NCBI GenBank assembly: GCA_051745565.1
Contig: JBNJEF010000001.1
Span: 1-52,319 of the forward strand
DNA length: 52,319 nt
Origin: Patescibacteria group bacterium
GTDB lineage: Bacteria; Patescibacteriota; Minisyncoccia; Phycocordibacterales; CSBR16-193
Direction: 5' to 3'
Below are positions 36,796-45,932 of this stretch, in pieces. The notes beneath the pieces were generated by a model. That model did not search any database, had not been told where the DNA came from, and worked only from the letters and a program-made list of their open reading frames with translations. The translations under genes and the position numbers were made by a program. Position 1 is the stretch's first letter. The number at the start of each line of letters is the position of its first letter.

Positions 36796-38715
36796 ATGAA
36801 AGTACAACTATCCTGGCTACAAGACCATATAGAAGAAAAATTGCCTGATCCGAAAGAGTTATCTCGGACACTCTCGCTCAGGGCTTTTGAGATAGAAGGG
36901 GTAAAAGGCGAGGGCGATGAAGCTGTTATTGATGTTGACGTCCTTCCCAACAGGAATCATGACTGTCTTTCACACAGAGGTGTTGCCAGAGAGATAGCCG
37001 CCATATACGGATTTACTTTTAAAGAAGGGGAGAAAAGTGAGATAAAAAAAGAAGATATTGACGTTAAAGTTGACATAAAAGAGAAGGAACTTTGTCGTCG
37101 TTATGTAGCTGTGCCTGTTTTAAATATTAAGGTAGAACCTTCCCCAAAGTGGCTAAAGGATAGATTGGAGGCTTTAGGTGAGAGATCAATAAATAACATC
37201 GTTGATATTACTAACTTTATTATGTTTGATACCGGTCAGCCCTTGCATGCTTTTGATAAAGATAAGTTAGATGGAGAGAAGATCATTGTTCGCAAAGCTA
37301 AACCCGGGGAGGCTTTTATTACTCTGGACGGCAGTGAAATGGAGCTTAACGGAACTGAATTGGTTATTGCCGATGAGGTGTCGGTTATCGCTTTGGCCGG
37401 AGTAAAGGGTGGAAAGAAAGCCGAGGTTGATGATAGTACGCGCAATATAGTTTTGGAGTCGGCCTCTTTTGATCCTGTTTCGGTTAGGCGGACTTCTCGT
37501 TCTCTTGATCTTATAACCGAATCCTCCAAACGTTTTGAGAATAACGCAAGTCGCGAACTTTCACTTGAATCAGCTGAAAGAGCTCTATCAATGATAAAGG
37601 AGATAGCCGGTTTAAAGGACACATCCGTAGGTCAGCCGGTGGATGTTTATCCGAAACCGATACACCCGTGGTCCGTATCGGTCCCTCTGTCTGAGATAAA
37701 GAGTATTTTGGGAATTGAAATAAGCAAAGAGAGAGCTAAAGGTATATTGGAAGGCCTTAAATGTAAAGTTTCACTAAAAGATAAGGTATTGGAAGTTGAG
37801 CCCCCTATAGACAGAATAGATCTTACAATACCGGAAGAGATCGTTGAGGAGGTGGGTCGTATTTACGGCTATGAGTATCTTGATTCCGCTCTCCTTGAAC
37901 CTCTATCAGAGAATGTTCCTATAAACAAGCATTTTTATTACAAAGCCAAGATATCTTCCTTTTTGCAGAGTTATGGCTTCTCGGAGATGTTCACTTACAC
38001 TATCAGAGATAAAGGGAAAGTAGAGCTTGCCAATCCTTTGACCTACGACAGGAAATTCTTGAGGGATGAGATCGGTTCGGATATGAAAAAAGCACTTGAT
38101 CTGAATGAGCGTAATATAGAACTTATCGGAGATGATAGAGTCAAGATCTTTGAAATAGCCAATGTTTTCAATCCGGAAGCGGAGAAAACTCATCTTTCCT
38201 TGGGGGTCAGGAATGTTAAGAAGAAACAGAAGCCAAAGCAAGATGAATTTATAAAAGAAGTCCTAAAAGGACTTTCTTCGGAGTTGGGAAAAGAGATGGA
38301 AGAGCAAGGATCTTTCGTCTCCGATGGAGTTTGGGAATGTACCCTGGATGATCTGATAGAGTCCCTTCCTCAACCGCGGAGTTGGGATATTCGTATAGAA
38401 AAGACCGAGACCTGTTACAAACCCATATCTCCTTATCCTTTTGTGTTGCGTGATATTGCTGTCTTTGTTCCTTCGGATGTTGGAAGCACTGATGTTCTCA
38501 AGGTAATAGAAGACAATGCCGGGGAACTTTTGGTAAATCACAGACTTTTTGATGTTTACGAAAAGACGGACGAAAAAGGAAATAGCCGGATCTCTTATGC
38601 TTTCCGATTGGTTTTTCTCTCGCAGGATAAAACCCTCTCTGATAACGAGGTTAACAAGGTGATGGACATCATAACGGATGCGCTTAATTCCAAAAAAGGC
38701 TGGCAAGTAAGATGA
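36796..38715 (+). CDS. pheT: phenylalanine--tRNA ligase beta subunit, short form (639 aa)
   Basis: MKVQLSWLQDHI N-terminus, then B3/4 and B5 domains, then a C-terminal FDX-ACB-like anticodon-binding domain. The OB-fold tRNA-binding insert seen after the first 40 aa or so of E. coli PheT is missing. Confidence 0.9.
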   Translation: MKVQLSWLQDHIEEKLPDPKELSRTLSLRAFEIEGVKGEGDEAVIDVDVLPNRNHDCLSHRGVAREIAAIYGFTFKEGEKSEIKKEDIDVKVDIKEKELCRRYVAVPVLNIKVEPSPKWLKDRLEALGERSINNIVDITNFIMFDTGQPLHAFDKDKLDGEKIIVRKAKPGEAFITLDGSEMELNGTELVIADEVSVIALAGVKGGKKAEVDDSTRNIVLESASFDPVSVRRTSRSLDLITESSKRFENNASRELSLESAERALSMIKEIAGLKDTSVGQPVDVYPKPIHPWSVSVPLSEIKSILGIEISKERAKGILEGLKCKVSLKDKVLEVEPPIDRIDLTIPEEIVEEVGRIYGYEYLDSALLEPLSENVPINKHFYYKAKISSFLQSYGFSEMFTYTIRDKGKVELANPLTYDRKFLRDEIGSDMKKALDLNERNIELIGDDRVKIFEIANVFNPEAEKTHLSLGVRNVKKKQKPKQDEFIKEVLKGLSSELGKEMEEQGSFVSDGVWECTLDDLIESLPQPRSWDIRIEKTETCYKPISPYPFVLRDIAVFVPSDVGSTDVLKVIEDNAGELLVNHRLFDVYEKTDEKGNSRISYAFRLVFLSQDKTLSDNEVNKVMDIITDALNSKKGWQVR

Positions 38716-38721
38716 TGATAT

Positions 38722-39186
38722 ATGTCATTTCCTGTTAAGAATAAAAAGATCCTGCTTCTTTCGGCGGTCTTATTTATTTTTTTACTTTTTTTACTTTTTA
38801 AGGAGGATGAAGGGCTTGATGTCGTTGATATAAAGGTCGGCGAAACGGAGGTAAAAGCAGAACTGGCTCAAACAGAAGAAGAACTGATCCGAGGTCTCTC
38901 AGGAAGAAGATCTCTTGGAAAGATAGACGGACTTTTAATGGTCTTTTCCGAGGAGGGTAGACACGGTATTTGGATGAAGGATATGAACTTTTCTTTAGAC
39001 ATCATTTGGGCGAATCGGTCAGGCCGAATAGTTCACATAAAAGAGAGTGTTCACCCGAACACTTATCCGGATGTTTTCTTTCCGGATGAACCGGCGCTTG
39101 TAGTGCTTGAAGTTAGAGGCGGAAAAGTGGAAAAAGAAGGGTGGGAGAATGGTGATCGGATCATTCTTGAGAACCTCTCTTTTTGA
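38722..39186 (+). CDS. DUF192 (COG1430) family protein with signal/anchor
   Basis: GLSGRRSL...GLLMVF...GIWMKDMNFSLDIIWAN matches the DUF192 pattern. Confidence 0.75.
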   Translation: MSFPVKNKKILLLSAVLFIFLLFLLFKEDEGLDVVDIKVGETEVKAELAQTEEELIRGLSGRRSLGKIDGLLMVFSEEGRHGIWMKDMNFSLDIIWANRSGRIVHIKESVHPNTYPDVFFPDEPALVVLEVRGGKVEKEGWENGDRIILENLSF

Positions 39187-39358
39187 GTTGACCCTCTCAT
39201 CTTTTTTTGAGATGTCCACATATTCCGGATCTTTCTCAAATCCTCTTTGTTTGAGCAGTGACTATGCGTATTTTTTGACGCTTCTGTCCAACATTTGAGC
39301 TTGTAATGGAGGTCTTGGTTGTTACAATAAAAAAGTATTAAAAGTAATCAAAATAGTA

Positions 39359-41656
39359 ATGGCTGAAAACAAAAAGAAATACGTGGACATATCCGATCCC
39401 AAGAATACCAAAGGATTTATAGAAAAGGTTCAAAAGCGTGACGGTACCGAGTGCTTCTTTGATCTAAACAGAATAGCCAATGCTATTTACAAAGCAATGA
39501 TATCGGCTGACGAGGGTTCCGACGTGGAAGCTAGTATGGTTGCCAACAAAGTCTTTGCCGATTTGGTACGCATAAGTAAAAAACACAAGAGTTTTGTTCC
39601 GACCGTTGAGGGAATACAGGACACGGTGGAAAAAGAACTCATTGTCGGGGATTACGTAAATTCGGCCAAAAAATATATTCTCTATCGGGAAAAGAGAGCA
39701 AATCTTCGCAAGCAAGGAATAAAGGTCCCGCAAAAAGTCAAAAAGCTTACAGAAGAGAGCCGTAAGTATTTACCCAACCCTCTCTCGGAGTTCATATATT
39801 ACAGAACCTATTCTCGATGGATGGAGGAAGAGGGAAGACGTGAAACCTGGGTGGAGACGGTTGATAGGTATATGAATTTCATGAAAGAGAATATCAAAGA
39901 CGCTTTAAGTAAAGAGGAGTATGAAGAGGTAAGAGAGGCCATTTTAAAACAGGAGGTAATGCCTTCAATGCGTTTGCTTTGGAGTGCCGGCAAAGCCGCT
40001 CGCAGAAGTAACGCCTGCGGTTATAACTGTTCGTTTATTGCGCCAAGAGAGCTTCGCGATTTCGGAGAGATAGTCTATCTCTCTATGTGCGGAGCGGGAG
40101 TCGGTTTTTCGGTTGAAAGTCAGCACGTTGAAGCTCTTCCCCAGATACAAAAACAGAGCGGAGAGAAGCTGTCTACTCATGTTATTGATGATAGTAAAGA
40201 GGGTTGGGCTGACGCTTTGATCATGGGGCTGGAAACTTGGTTTTCCGGAAAAGATATAGATTTTGATTATTCTCAAGTAAGACCCCAAGGTTCTAAACTC
40301 AAAACCATGGGAGGTAAAAGTTCCGGACCGGCACCACTGAAAGATCTATTAAGGTTCACCAGGGAAAAGATCCTCTCCCGACAGGGGAGGAGGCTCTCAA
40401 CTGTAGATACTCACGATATAATATGCAAGATAGGGCAGGTTGTTGTTGCTGGCGGAGTTCGCCGAAGCGCTCTCATCTCTCTTTCCGATCTTGATGATTC
40501 GGGTATGAGGGATTCCAAAAAAGGTCAGTTCTATGTAACCCATCCTCACCGTACTATGGCTAATAACTCGGCCGTTTATAACGAAAAACCGTCAGCAACC
40601 GACTTTCTTGATGAGTGGCTTGCTCTTGTAAGATCTCAGTCTGGAGAAAGGGGTATATTCAATCGCGGATCTCTGGAGAAGCAGTTGCCCAAAAGACGCT
40701 GGCAGACTTTTTCCGGTTATATTGACTACTCCGGTATAAATCCTTGCGGGGAAATAGTTCTTCGTTCCAAGCAGTTCTGTAATCTGTCCGAGGTGGTGGC
40801 CAGAGCGGGAGACACAAAGAAAGATCTTCTTAGAAAGATAAGGTTGGCGACTATATTGGGAACGTATCAGTCTTCACTTACCAATTTTGGCTATTTATCA
40901 AAAGAGTGGAAAAAGAACTGTGAAGAGGAACGTCTTTTGGGGGTTTCCGTTACGGGACAGTGGGATTCGGAGGAATCCAGGAGTGCCGAAGTGCTCAAGT
41001 CTCTCAAAAAGGAAGCCGTAAAAGTAAATCACGAGTTTGCTAAGAGACTCGGTATAAATCCGTCCACTGCCGTTACCTGTGTTAAACCCTCCGGTACCGT
41101 CTCTCAGTTAGTTGATGCTTCTTCCGGAATGCATCCGAGGTATGCCAAATACTATATTCGCAGGATAAGAATATCTTCAACCGATTCTCTTTTTCATATG
41201 CTAAGGGATCAAGGTGTTCCTTTCCATCCGGAGGTGGGTCAAAGTGTTGATAATGCCAATACTTATGTTTTGGAGTTCCCGGTTAAAGCCCCCGAAGGAG
41301 CCATAACCAGTGGCGATCTGACTTCGCGGGATCAGCTGGAGCACTGGAAGAAGGTAAAACTGAATTACACCGAACATAACCCTTCTGTAACCGTTACGGT
41401 GGGTGATAATGAGTGGATCTCTACTGCTCATTGGGTATATAACAACTGGGATATAGTGGGAGGTCTTTCTTTCTTGCCTAAAAGTGACCATGTTTACCAA
41501 CTGGCACCTTACGAAGAAATAGATGAAGAAAGATATAAAGAACTTTCAAAGAGGTTCACCGATATTGATTTCTCAAAGATAGTCACTTACGAAGGGGAAG
41601 ATAATACCGAAGGAGCCAAAGAGTACGCCTGTGTTGCCGGTGGCTGTCCGGTTTAA
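39359..41656 (+). CDS. nrdJ: class II (adenosylcobalamin-dependent) ribonucleotide reductase with N-terminal ATP-cone
   Basis: ATP-cone (VQKRDGTECFFDLNRIANAI), YYRTYSRW...ETWVETVDR characteristic of NrdJ-type enzymes, NPCGEI active-site Cys, and a CVAGGCPV C-terminus. Confidence 0.88.
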   Translation: MAENKKKYVDISDPKNTKGFIEKVQKRDGTECFFDLNRIANAIYKAMISADEGSDVEASMVANKVFADLVRISKKHKSFVPTVEGIQDTVEKELIVGDYVNSAKKYILYREKRANLRKQGIKVPQKVKKLTEESRKYLPNPLSEFIYYRTYSRWMEEEGRRETWVETVDRYMNFMKENIKDALSKEEYEEVREAILKQEVMPSMRLLWSAGKAARRSNACGYNCSFIAPRELRDFGEIVYLSMCGAGVGFSVESQHVEALPQIQKQSGEKLSTHVIDDSKEGWADALIMGLETWFSGKDIDFDYSQVRPQGSKLKTMGGKSSGPAPLKDLLRFTREKILSRQGRRLSTVDTHDIICKIGQVVVAGGVRRSALISLSDLDDSGMRDSKKGQFYVTHPHRTMANNSAVYNEKPSATDFLDEWLALVRSQSGERGIFNRGSLEKQLPKRRWQTFSGYIDYSGINPCGEIVLRSKQFCNLSEVVARAGDTKKDLLRKIRLATILGTYQSSLTNFGYLSKEWKKNCEEERLLGVSVTGQWDSEESRSAEVLKSLKKEAVKVNHEFAKRLGINPSTAVTCVKPSGTVSQLVDASSGMHPRYAKYYIRRIRISSTDSLFHMLRDQGVPFHPEVGQSVDNANTYVLEFPVKAPEGAITSGDLTSRDQLEHWKKVKLNYTEHNPSVTVTVGDNEWISTAHWVYNNWDIVGGLSFLPKSDHVYQLAPYEEIDEERYKELSKRFTDIDFSKIVTYEGEDNTEGAKEYACVAGGCPV

Positions 41657-41682
41657 TATGAAATATATATAATAGAAATTCA

Positions 41683-41708
41683 CCCCGTCTTTAGGCGGGG
41701 GTTTTTCT
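41683..41708 (+). terminator. intrinsic terminator after nrdJ
   Basis: ccccgtc-ttta-ggcgggg is a 7-bp stem with one G-U pair, followed by T5. Confidence 0.65.
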
Positions 41709-41747
41709 TTACTTAAAGATCTCTACACTGTGATAAAATATTTAAAG

Positions 41748-43391
41748 ATGTTTATATCATTGCGGAAATATTTTAAAAAGACCATTCTTTCGGTATCTTT
41801 CTTAGCGGTTGTTTTCTTCGTATGTTTTCCTGCGACGGTTTTTTCGGTTGAACCCGTTTATCACAATTTTTCCTTAACGTATCCCATAGGTGAACTACAG
41901 CCTTCCGAAGGTGATATCATCGTCCGTAATAGGTATAAAAACACTTTCCGGATATCTTCAATAGAAGATAGCGCTGACGTTTTTGGAGTTGTCGCTTCTG
42001 ATGCGGCGTTGGTATTTAGAACAGAAGAACCGGATTCGGTTCCCATAATGAGATTCGGGCAGACCGCCGTTAACGTTATATTAAAAAATGGTGATATAGA
42101 AAGAGGAGATAATATAACCACTTCGGAAGTGATAGGACATGGACAGGCGGTTCAACCTTATCATAGATATACTTTAGGCGTTGCTCTGGAGGGTTTAAGT
42201 GAAGAAGATGCCAGTGAGGAGGTGGTTGGCCCGGACGGGGAGACCTACCCCTCCGGACAGGTAGTGGTGGATCTCAGGATAAGTTTTCATGGTTCGGGAG
42301 TTATAAATATCTCTCTGCAAGATATTCCCTCGCAGGCTGAACCGCTGGAGGTGGGCGCTATGTTTCGTCAAAACTTTCAGACCATGCGCCAGTTGGGGGA
42401 GGAAGTGACGGATCAAGCCCGCGATATTCTGGAGACAGAGGCCGGATCCATAGCTTCTAGATTCATTGAAACGGGAGGTGCGGTTACGGGTGCAATGATA
42501 TCCTTCGGGGCGCTTTTTTTGAGTCCGGTAACTGTTTTTGAGGTTTTTGCTTTACCTTTTAGAATATGGGCACTGTTTCTTGCTCTGTTTGGTATCAAAA
42601 GAAGATCCAGACCGTGGGGAGTGGTGTATGACAGCGTGACCAAACAACCCATTGATCCGGCTTATGTAATACTGGAAGACGATAAGGGTAATGAAGTAAA
42701 GATGTCCATAACGGATATTGACGGTCGCTATGGCTTTTTGGTAGATCCGGGTAAGTATAAAATGAAAGCTAACAAGACCAACTACATCTTTCCTTCCGAG
42801 AAACTGAAGGGGAGAAGGTCGGATGTTATCCATAACAATCTTTATTTCGGGGAGACCTTTGAGGTTAATAAAAAAAATGCCGTGATTGATAAGAATATTC
42901 CCATGGATCCGCAGGATTTTGACTGGAACGAGTTTACCAAATTGAATAAAAAGATCTTGACCTATTATTCCTATGCCGATCTTTTCAAGGCTTTTATTTT
43001 TCAGTGGCTCTTTTATGCCGGTTTTATTGTTTCTCTGGTTTCCGTTTTCTTAGTGCCTGATACTTACAGCTACGTTATATTAGGGGTTTATCTTTTTCTT
43101 TTCTTTTTGCGTATCGTGGGACTCAAGCCAAGGCGCTATGGAAAGGTCGTGGAAGAAGAAACGAATACCCCTCTATCTTATGCTATTGTTCATATATGTC
43201 TTAAAAGATCGGGAAGGGAGGTTTCCACCTCTGTCTGTGATGCTTATGGGCGTTACTTTGCTCTTGCCAGTAATGGGGAGTATTACGTGAAAATAGACAA
43301 GAAAAAAGGAGAGGAGGATTATGAGAATGTTTTCACCTCTGAACCTTTTGAGGTAAAAGGGGGAGTGATAAAAAGAACTTTCAAGGTGTGA
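41748..43391 (+). CDS. multi-pass membrane protein with N-terminal secreted domain and two carboxypeptidase-regulatory-like (transthyretin-like) domains, hypothetical
   Basis: Signal/anchor ILSVSFLAVVFFVCFPATVFS. The N-domain is paralogous to the next gene. VVYDSVTKQPIDPAYVILEDDKGNEV...DGRYGF and a second ...CDAYGRYFALASNGEYYV module each follow TM pairs. The track start at 41730 is GTG. Confidence 0.7.
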   Translation: MFISLRKYFKKTILSVSFLAVVFFVCFPATVFSVEPVYHNFSLTYPIGELQPSEGDIIVRNRYKNTFRISSIEDSADVFGVVASDAALVFRTEEPDSVPIMRFGQTAVNVILKNGDIERGDNITTSEVIGHGQAVQPYHRYTLGVALEGLSEEDASEEVVGPDGETYPSGQVVVDLRISFHGSGVINISLQDIPSQAEPLEVGAMFRQNFQTMRQLGEEVTDQARDILETEAGSIASRFIETGGAVTGAMISFGALFLSPVTVFEVFALPFRIWALFLALFGIKRRSRPWGVVYDSVTKQPIDPAYVILEDDKGNEVKMSITDIDGRYGFLVDPGKYKMKANKTNYIFPSEKLKGRRSDVIHNNLYFGETFEVNKKNAVIDKNIPMDPQDFDWNEFTKLNKKILTYYSYADLFKAFIFQWLFYAGFIVSLVSVFLVPDTYSYVILGVYLFLFFLRIVGLKPRRYGKVVEEETNTPLSYAIVHICLKRSGREVSTSVCDAYGRYFALASNGEYYVKIDKKKGEEDYENVFTSEPFEVKGGVIKRTFKV

Positions 43392-43507
43392 TCTTATTTC
43401 TCATTAATAGACATTTTCCCCGATTTACTTTGTTCTTTTTATGTTAAACTGTTCATATGACCGTTGTCGCGGTCGGTTTTGTGCAAATTTTTTTAAACTT
43501 CTCTTCA

Positions 43508-44344
43508 ATGAAAATGAGTTCACGTTTATTGATCCTTACCCTTTCTTTCCTTTTACTGTCAACTCCCGGACTCTTCTTCGGTATTGCTTCGGCTCAGATA
43601 GGTCAGGGTATTGAATCCGAGGAAGAAGATATATCTCCGGGGACTATCATATCCAGAGACCCCAGAAGTAACTATTTTCATCTCTCTAGAGGTGTCAGTG
43701 ATCCCAATATCTTTGGAGTTGTCGTGGAAAAACCTATTGCCAATATTCGTCCTGACGAGGAAAGTGATATATCGGTTTTAAGAACGGGAGAAGTAGAGGT
43801 CAGGGTCATATTAAAAGAGAATAGTATAGAAACGGGTGACTATATAACGACCTCGGAAGTTGAGGGATTGGGAATGCGTGCCAGCGATGATCATTCCAAT
43901 GTTTTAGGGGTAGCTCTTGAGAACTTTACTTCGGAGGATGCAGAGTCATCAGTTGAATATCAAGAGGAAGACGTGCCGATGGGACTTGTTCTTGTTGATC
44001 TTCAGATAGGAAACCGGCAGAGAGAAGAGGGCTCTGTACCTCCCGGAGAGGATAATAATGGTTTAACCCCTTTAGGGTCACAAGTTGAACACTATTTGGC
44101 TATGATAGCTCGGTATCTAGCCGCGGCTTTAGTAGCAATTTCGGCTCTGTATCTTTCTTTCAGGTTCTTTAAATCAAATGTGGCCGGAGGTTTATCCGCT
44201 CTGGGTCGCAATCCCCTGGCGCGTCAGTCCATACAGAAAATGATGCTTTTTAATATGTTCCTGGTCATAATTATAAGCGTGGGAGGTCTTCTGTTATCCG
44301 CTCTTATTTTGCTTATTCCGGTTTTCATTAGCAGGATAATATGA
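43508..44344 (+). CDS. secreted-domain protein (paralog of the preceding N-domain) ending in a two-helix membrane hairpin
   Basis: Signal peptide MKMSSRLLILTLSFLLLSTPGLFFGIASAQ. GVVVEKP...TGDYITTSEVEGLG...LGVALENFTSEDAE aligns with GVVASDA...RGDNITTSEVIGHG...LGVALEGLSEEDAS of the upstream protein. The C-terminal hairpin has a GRNPLARQSI loop. Confidence 0.7.
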   Translation: MKMSSRLLILTLSFLLLSTPGLFFGIASAQIGQGIESEEEDISPGTIISRDPRSNYFHLSRGVSDPNIFGVVVEKPIANIRPDEESDISVLRTGEVEVRVILKENSIETGDYITTSEVEGLGMRASDDHSNVLGVALENFTSEDAESSVEYQEEDVPMGLVLVDLQIGNRQREEGSVPPGEDNNGLTPLGSQVEHYLAMIARYLAAALVAISALYLSFRFFKSNVAGGLSALGRNPLARQSIQKMMLFNMFLVIIISVGGLLLSALILLIPVFISRII

Positions 44345-44388
44345 CCTTAATTCATAATATTGGTTAGTAGTAAGTAATTATTTACATT

Positions 44389-45351
44389 ATGTTTCAAGAA
44401 ATAGATCCCTTTTTTATACTCTTAATTTCTCTTATCGCCGCGGTGCTCTTGCTTTTACCTACCACTGTTTGGCTCTTTATACTTTTAAAAAAACAGAATA
44501 AAGAGTATAGGGAGGTAATAAGAGAGGCTGATTCACGTGCCGAGGATATAATCAGTAAAGCCAAGGCAAGATCAAGAGAGATATTAACAGAGGCGGACAA
44601 GGAAGCCGGTCGATACCTATCGGAAAGAAAAACAGAAATGGATTCAATGCACACTGAACTTGTAGATCGATTGGATAATTTAAAAGGTGAAGCTCAAAAG
44701 AGCTTTTCCGAGAGTGTAAAAAAAGTTGATTCCTTTTCAGAGGAGATATCCGAGGAAGCCAAAAAAGAGATACGATCTTCTGTACAAAAAGCCAACATCT
44801 CCGTTGGCGAGGTCATAGATGGTATAAAAGAGCAAATAGAAAAAGATATGAAGAAAACGAGCGAGAAGATACCGGAGATAGAAAAACAGATCAGGGATCT
44901 TGAGGCTCTGAACGAAAATGCCAAAAAGAGCTTTTCTGAAAGCTCGCAGAAATTTATTAAGATCTCCAATGAAGCTTCAGAGGAGGTACGTGGGCATTTG
45001 AACGCCTCCGCTAAAAAGGCGGATGAGCTTATGGGAAGTTTTACAGAGGAGGCCCGAAAAAAGATTAAGGAAGATATTAGCAAGACCGCCGAGGAAATGT
45101 CTTCAAACAGAGAAGAAATGGTCCGTCGCTTTAAAGAGGCCCTCAACAGTGAAATGGAAAAAGCCAGAAAGGAGTTGCAAGATTACAGAAAAGACAGATT
45201 AAGGGTGGTGGATGAGCATATCATCACTTTGGTTGAGGAAACGGCGGCCATAGCCCTCAATACCAGACTCTCCAAGGATGACCATAGAGAGGTGGTAAAA
45301 AACGCTTTGGAAGAAGCCAAAAAAAGAGGAGCTTTTGATAAATCCCGTTAA
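44389..45351 (+). CDS. atpF: F-type ATP synthase subunit b-like stator stalk, double length (320 aa)
   Basis: A single N-terminal TM segment followed by a long charged coiled coil. It occupies the position immediately before the delta/alpha genes and contains an internal duplication of about 76 aa. Confidence 0.7.
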   Translation: MFQEIDPFFILLISLIAAVLLLLPTTVWLFILLKKQNKEYREVIREADSRAEDIISKAKARSREILTEADKEAGRYLSERKTEMDSMHTELVDRLDNLKGEAQKSFSESVKKVDSFSEEISEEAKKEIRSSVQKANISVGEVIDGIKEQIEKDMKKTSEKIPEIEKQIRDLEALNENAKKSFSESSQKFIKISNEASEEVRGHLNASAKKADELMGSFTEEARKKIKEDISKTAEEMSSNREEMVRRFKEALNSEMEKARKELQDYRKDRLRVVDEHIITLVEETAAIALNTRLSKDDHREVVKNALEEAKKRGAFDKSR

Positions 45352-45354
45352 TTT

Positions 45355-45882
45355 ATGGATCTTTTTAAGGTCATTTTCTCCAATACCTATACCTATACGG
45401 ACTTTCGCTATCGTCTTTCGGTTCTGAGGGAATTTGTGGAATATCTCTTATACACCAAAGAGGAGGGAAGTCTTTCCGTTATGGAGAAATTTGACCGTTT
45501 CTCCGGAGAAAAGGGAATGAGTTATGAGGATATAAAATTTTTCAAGGAATGGGGAGAAAGTGTTTTTCGTAAAGCAGCTTTTGAGGGCGATATATATAAG
45601 ACTCTTGAGCATATAGAAGAGAGATTCAAAGAGAGTCCTCTTTTTATACTTAGAGCACCGGTCATCTTTTCAAAAGAAGATCAGAGATACTTCGGAAAGT
45701 GGGTGAGAGAAAACGTTGACGGTCGCGCCTTTATAAAAATAAAAGTTGATGAAAGCATAAATGCCGGCTGTGTATTCAGCTGGAGTAATGATCAGTACGA
45801 TATGAGTTTTGAAAGATTAAGAAAAGAGAGATACGATAAGATATCTGAACGGATCAGAGAGGTTTTAGATGCCAAAATGTAG
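45355..45882 (+). CDS. atpH: F-type ATP synthase subunit delta (OSCP-like), divergent
   Basis: 175 aa. The C-terminal IKIKVDESINAGCVFSWSNDQYDMSFERLRKE fits the OSCP pattern (vD.sliGG..v..gd...D.S). It occupies the operon position between b and alpha. Confidence 0.65.
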   Translation: MDLFKVIFSNTYTYTDFRYRLSVLREFVEYLLYTKEEGSLSVMEKFDRFSGEKGMSYEDIKFFKEWGESVFRKAAFEGDIYKTLEHIEERFKESPLFILRAPVIFSKEDQRYFGKWVRENVDGRAFIKIKVDESINAGCVFSWSNDQYDMSFERLRKERYDKISERIREVLDAKM

Positions 45883-45932
45883 ACGAAGATTTTCCACTTA
45901 TGAATATTTTTAAACGATAGTATAATGTAACA

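Noticed and set aside
39187-39358. NrdR boxes or a cobalamin riboswitch upstream of nrdJ (tgtccacatatt at about 39221 and tgtccaacattt at about 39283)
   Set aside because: The two sites are not 16-bp palindromes of the NrdR consensus type and are about 62 bp apart rather than about 31 bp. The leader is too short and lacks the conserved B12-box core for a cobalamin riboswitch.
41748-43391. The 553-aa membrane protein as a divergent ATP synthase subunit a
   Set aside because: There is no five-helix C-terminal bundle, no LRLFGN-like Arg motif, and no conserved Glu/His/Gln positions. The TM segments are interrupted by two soluble transthyretin-like domains.
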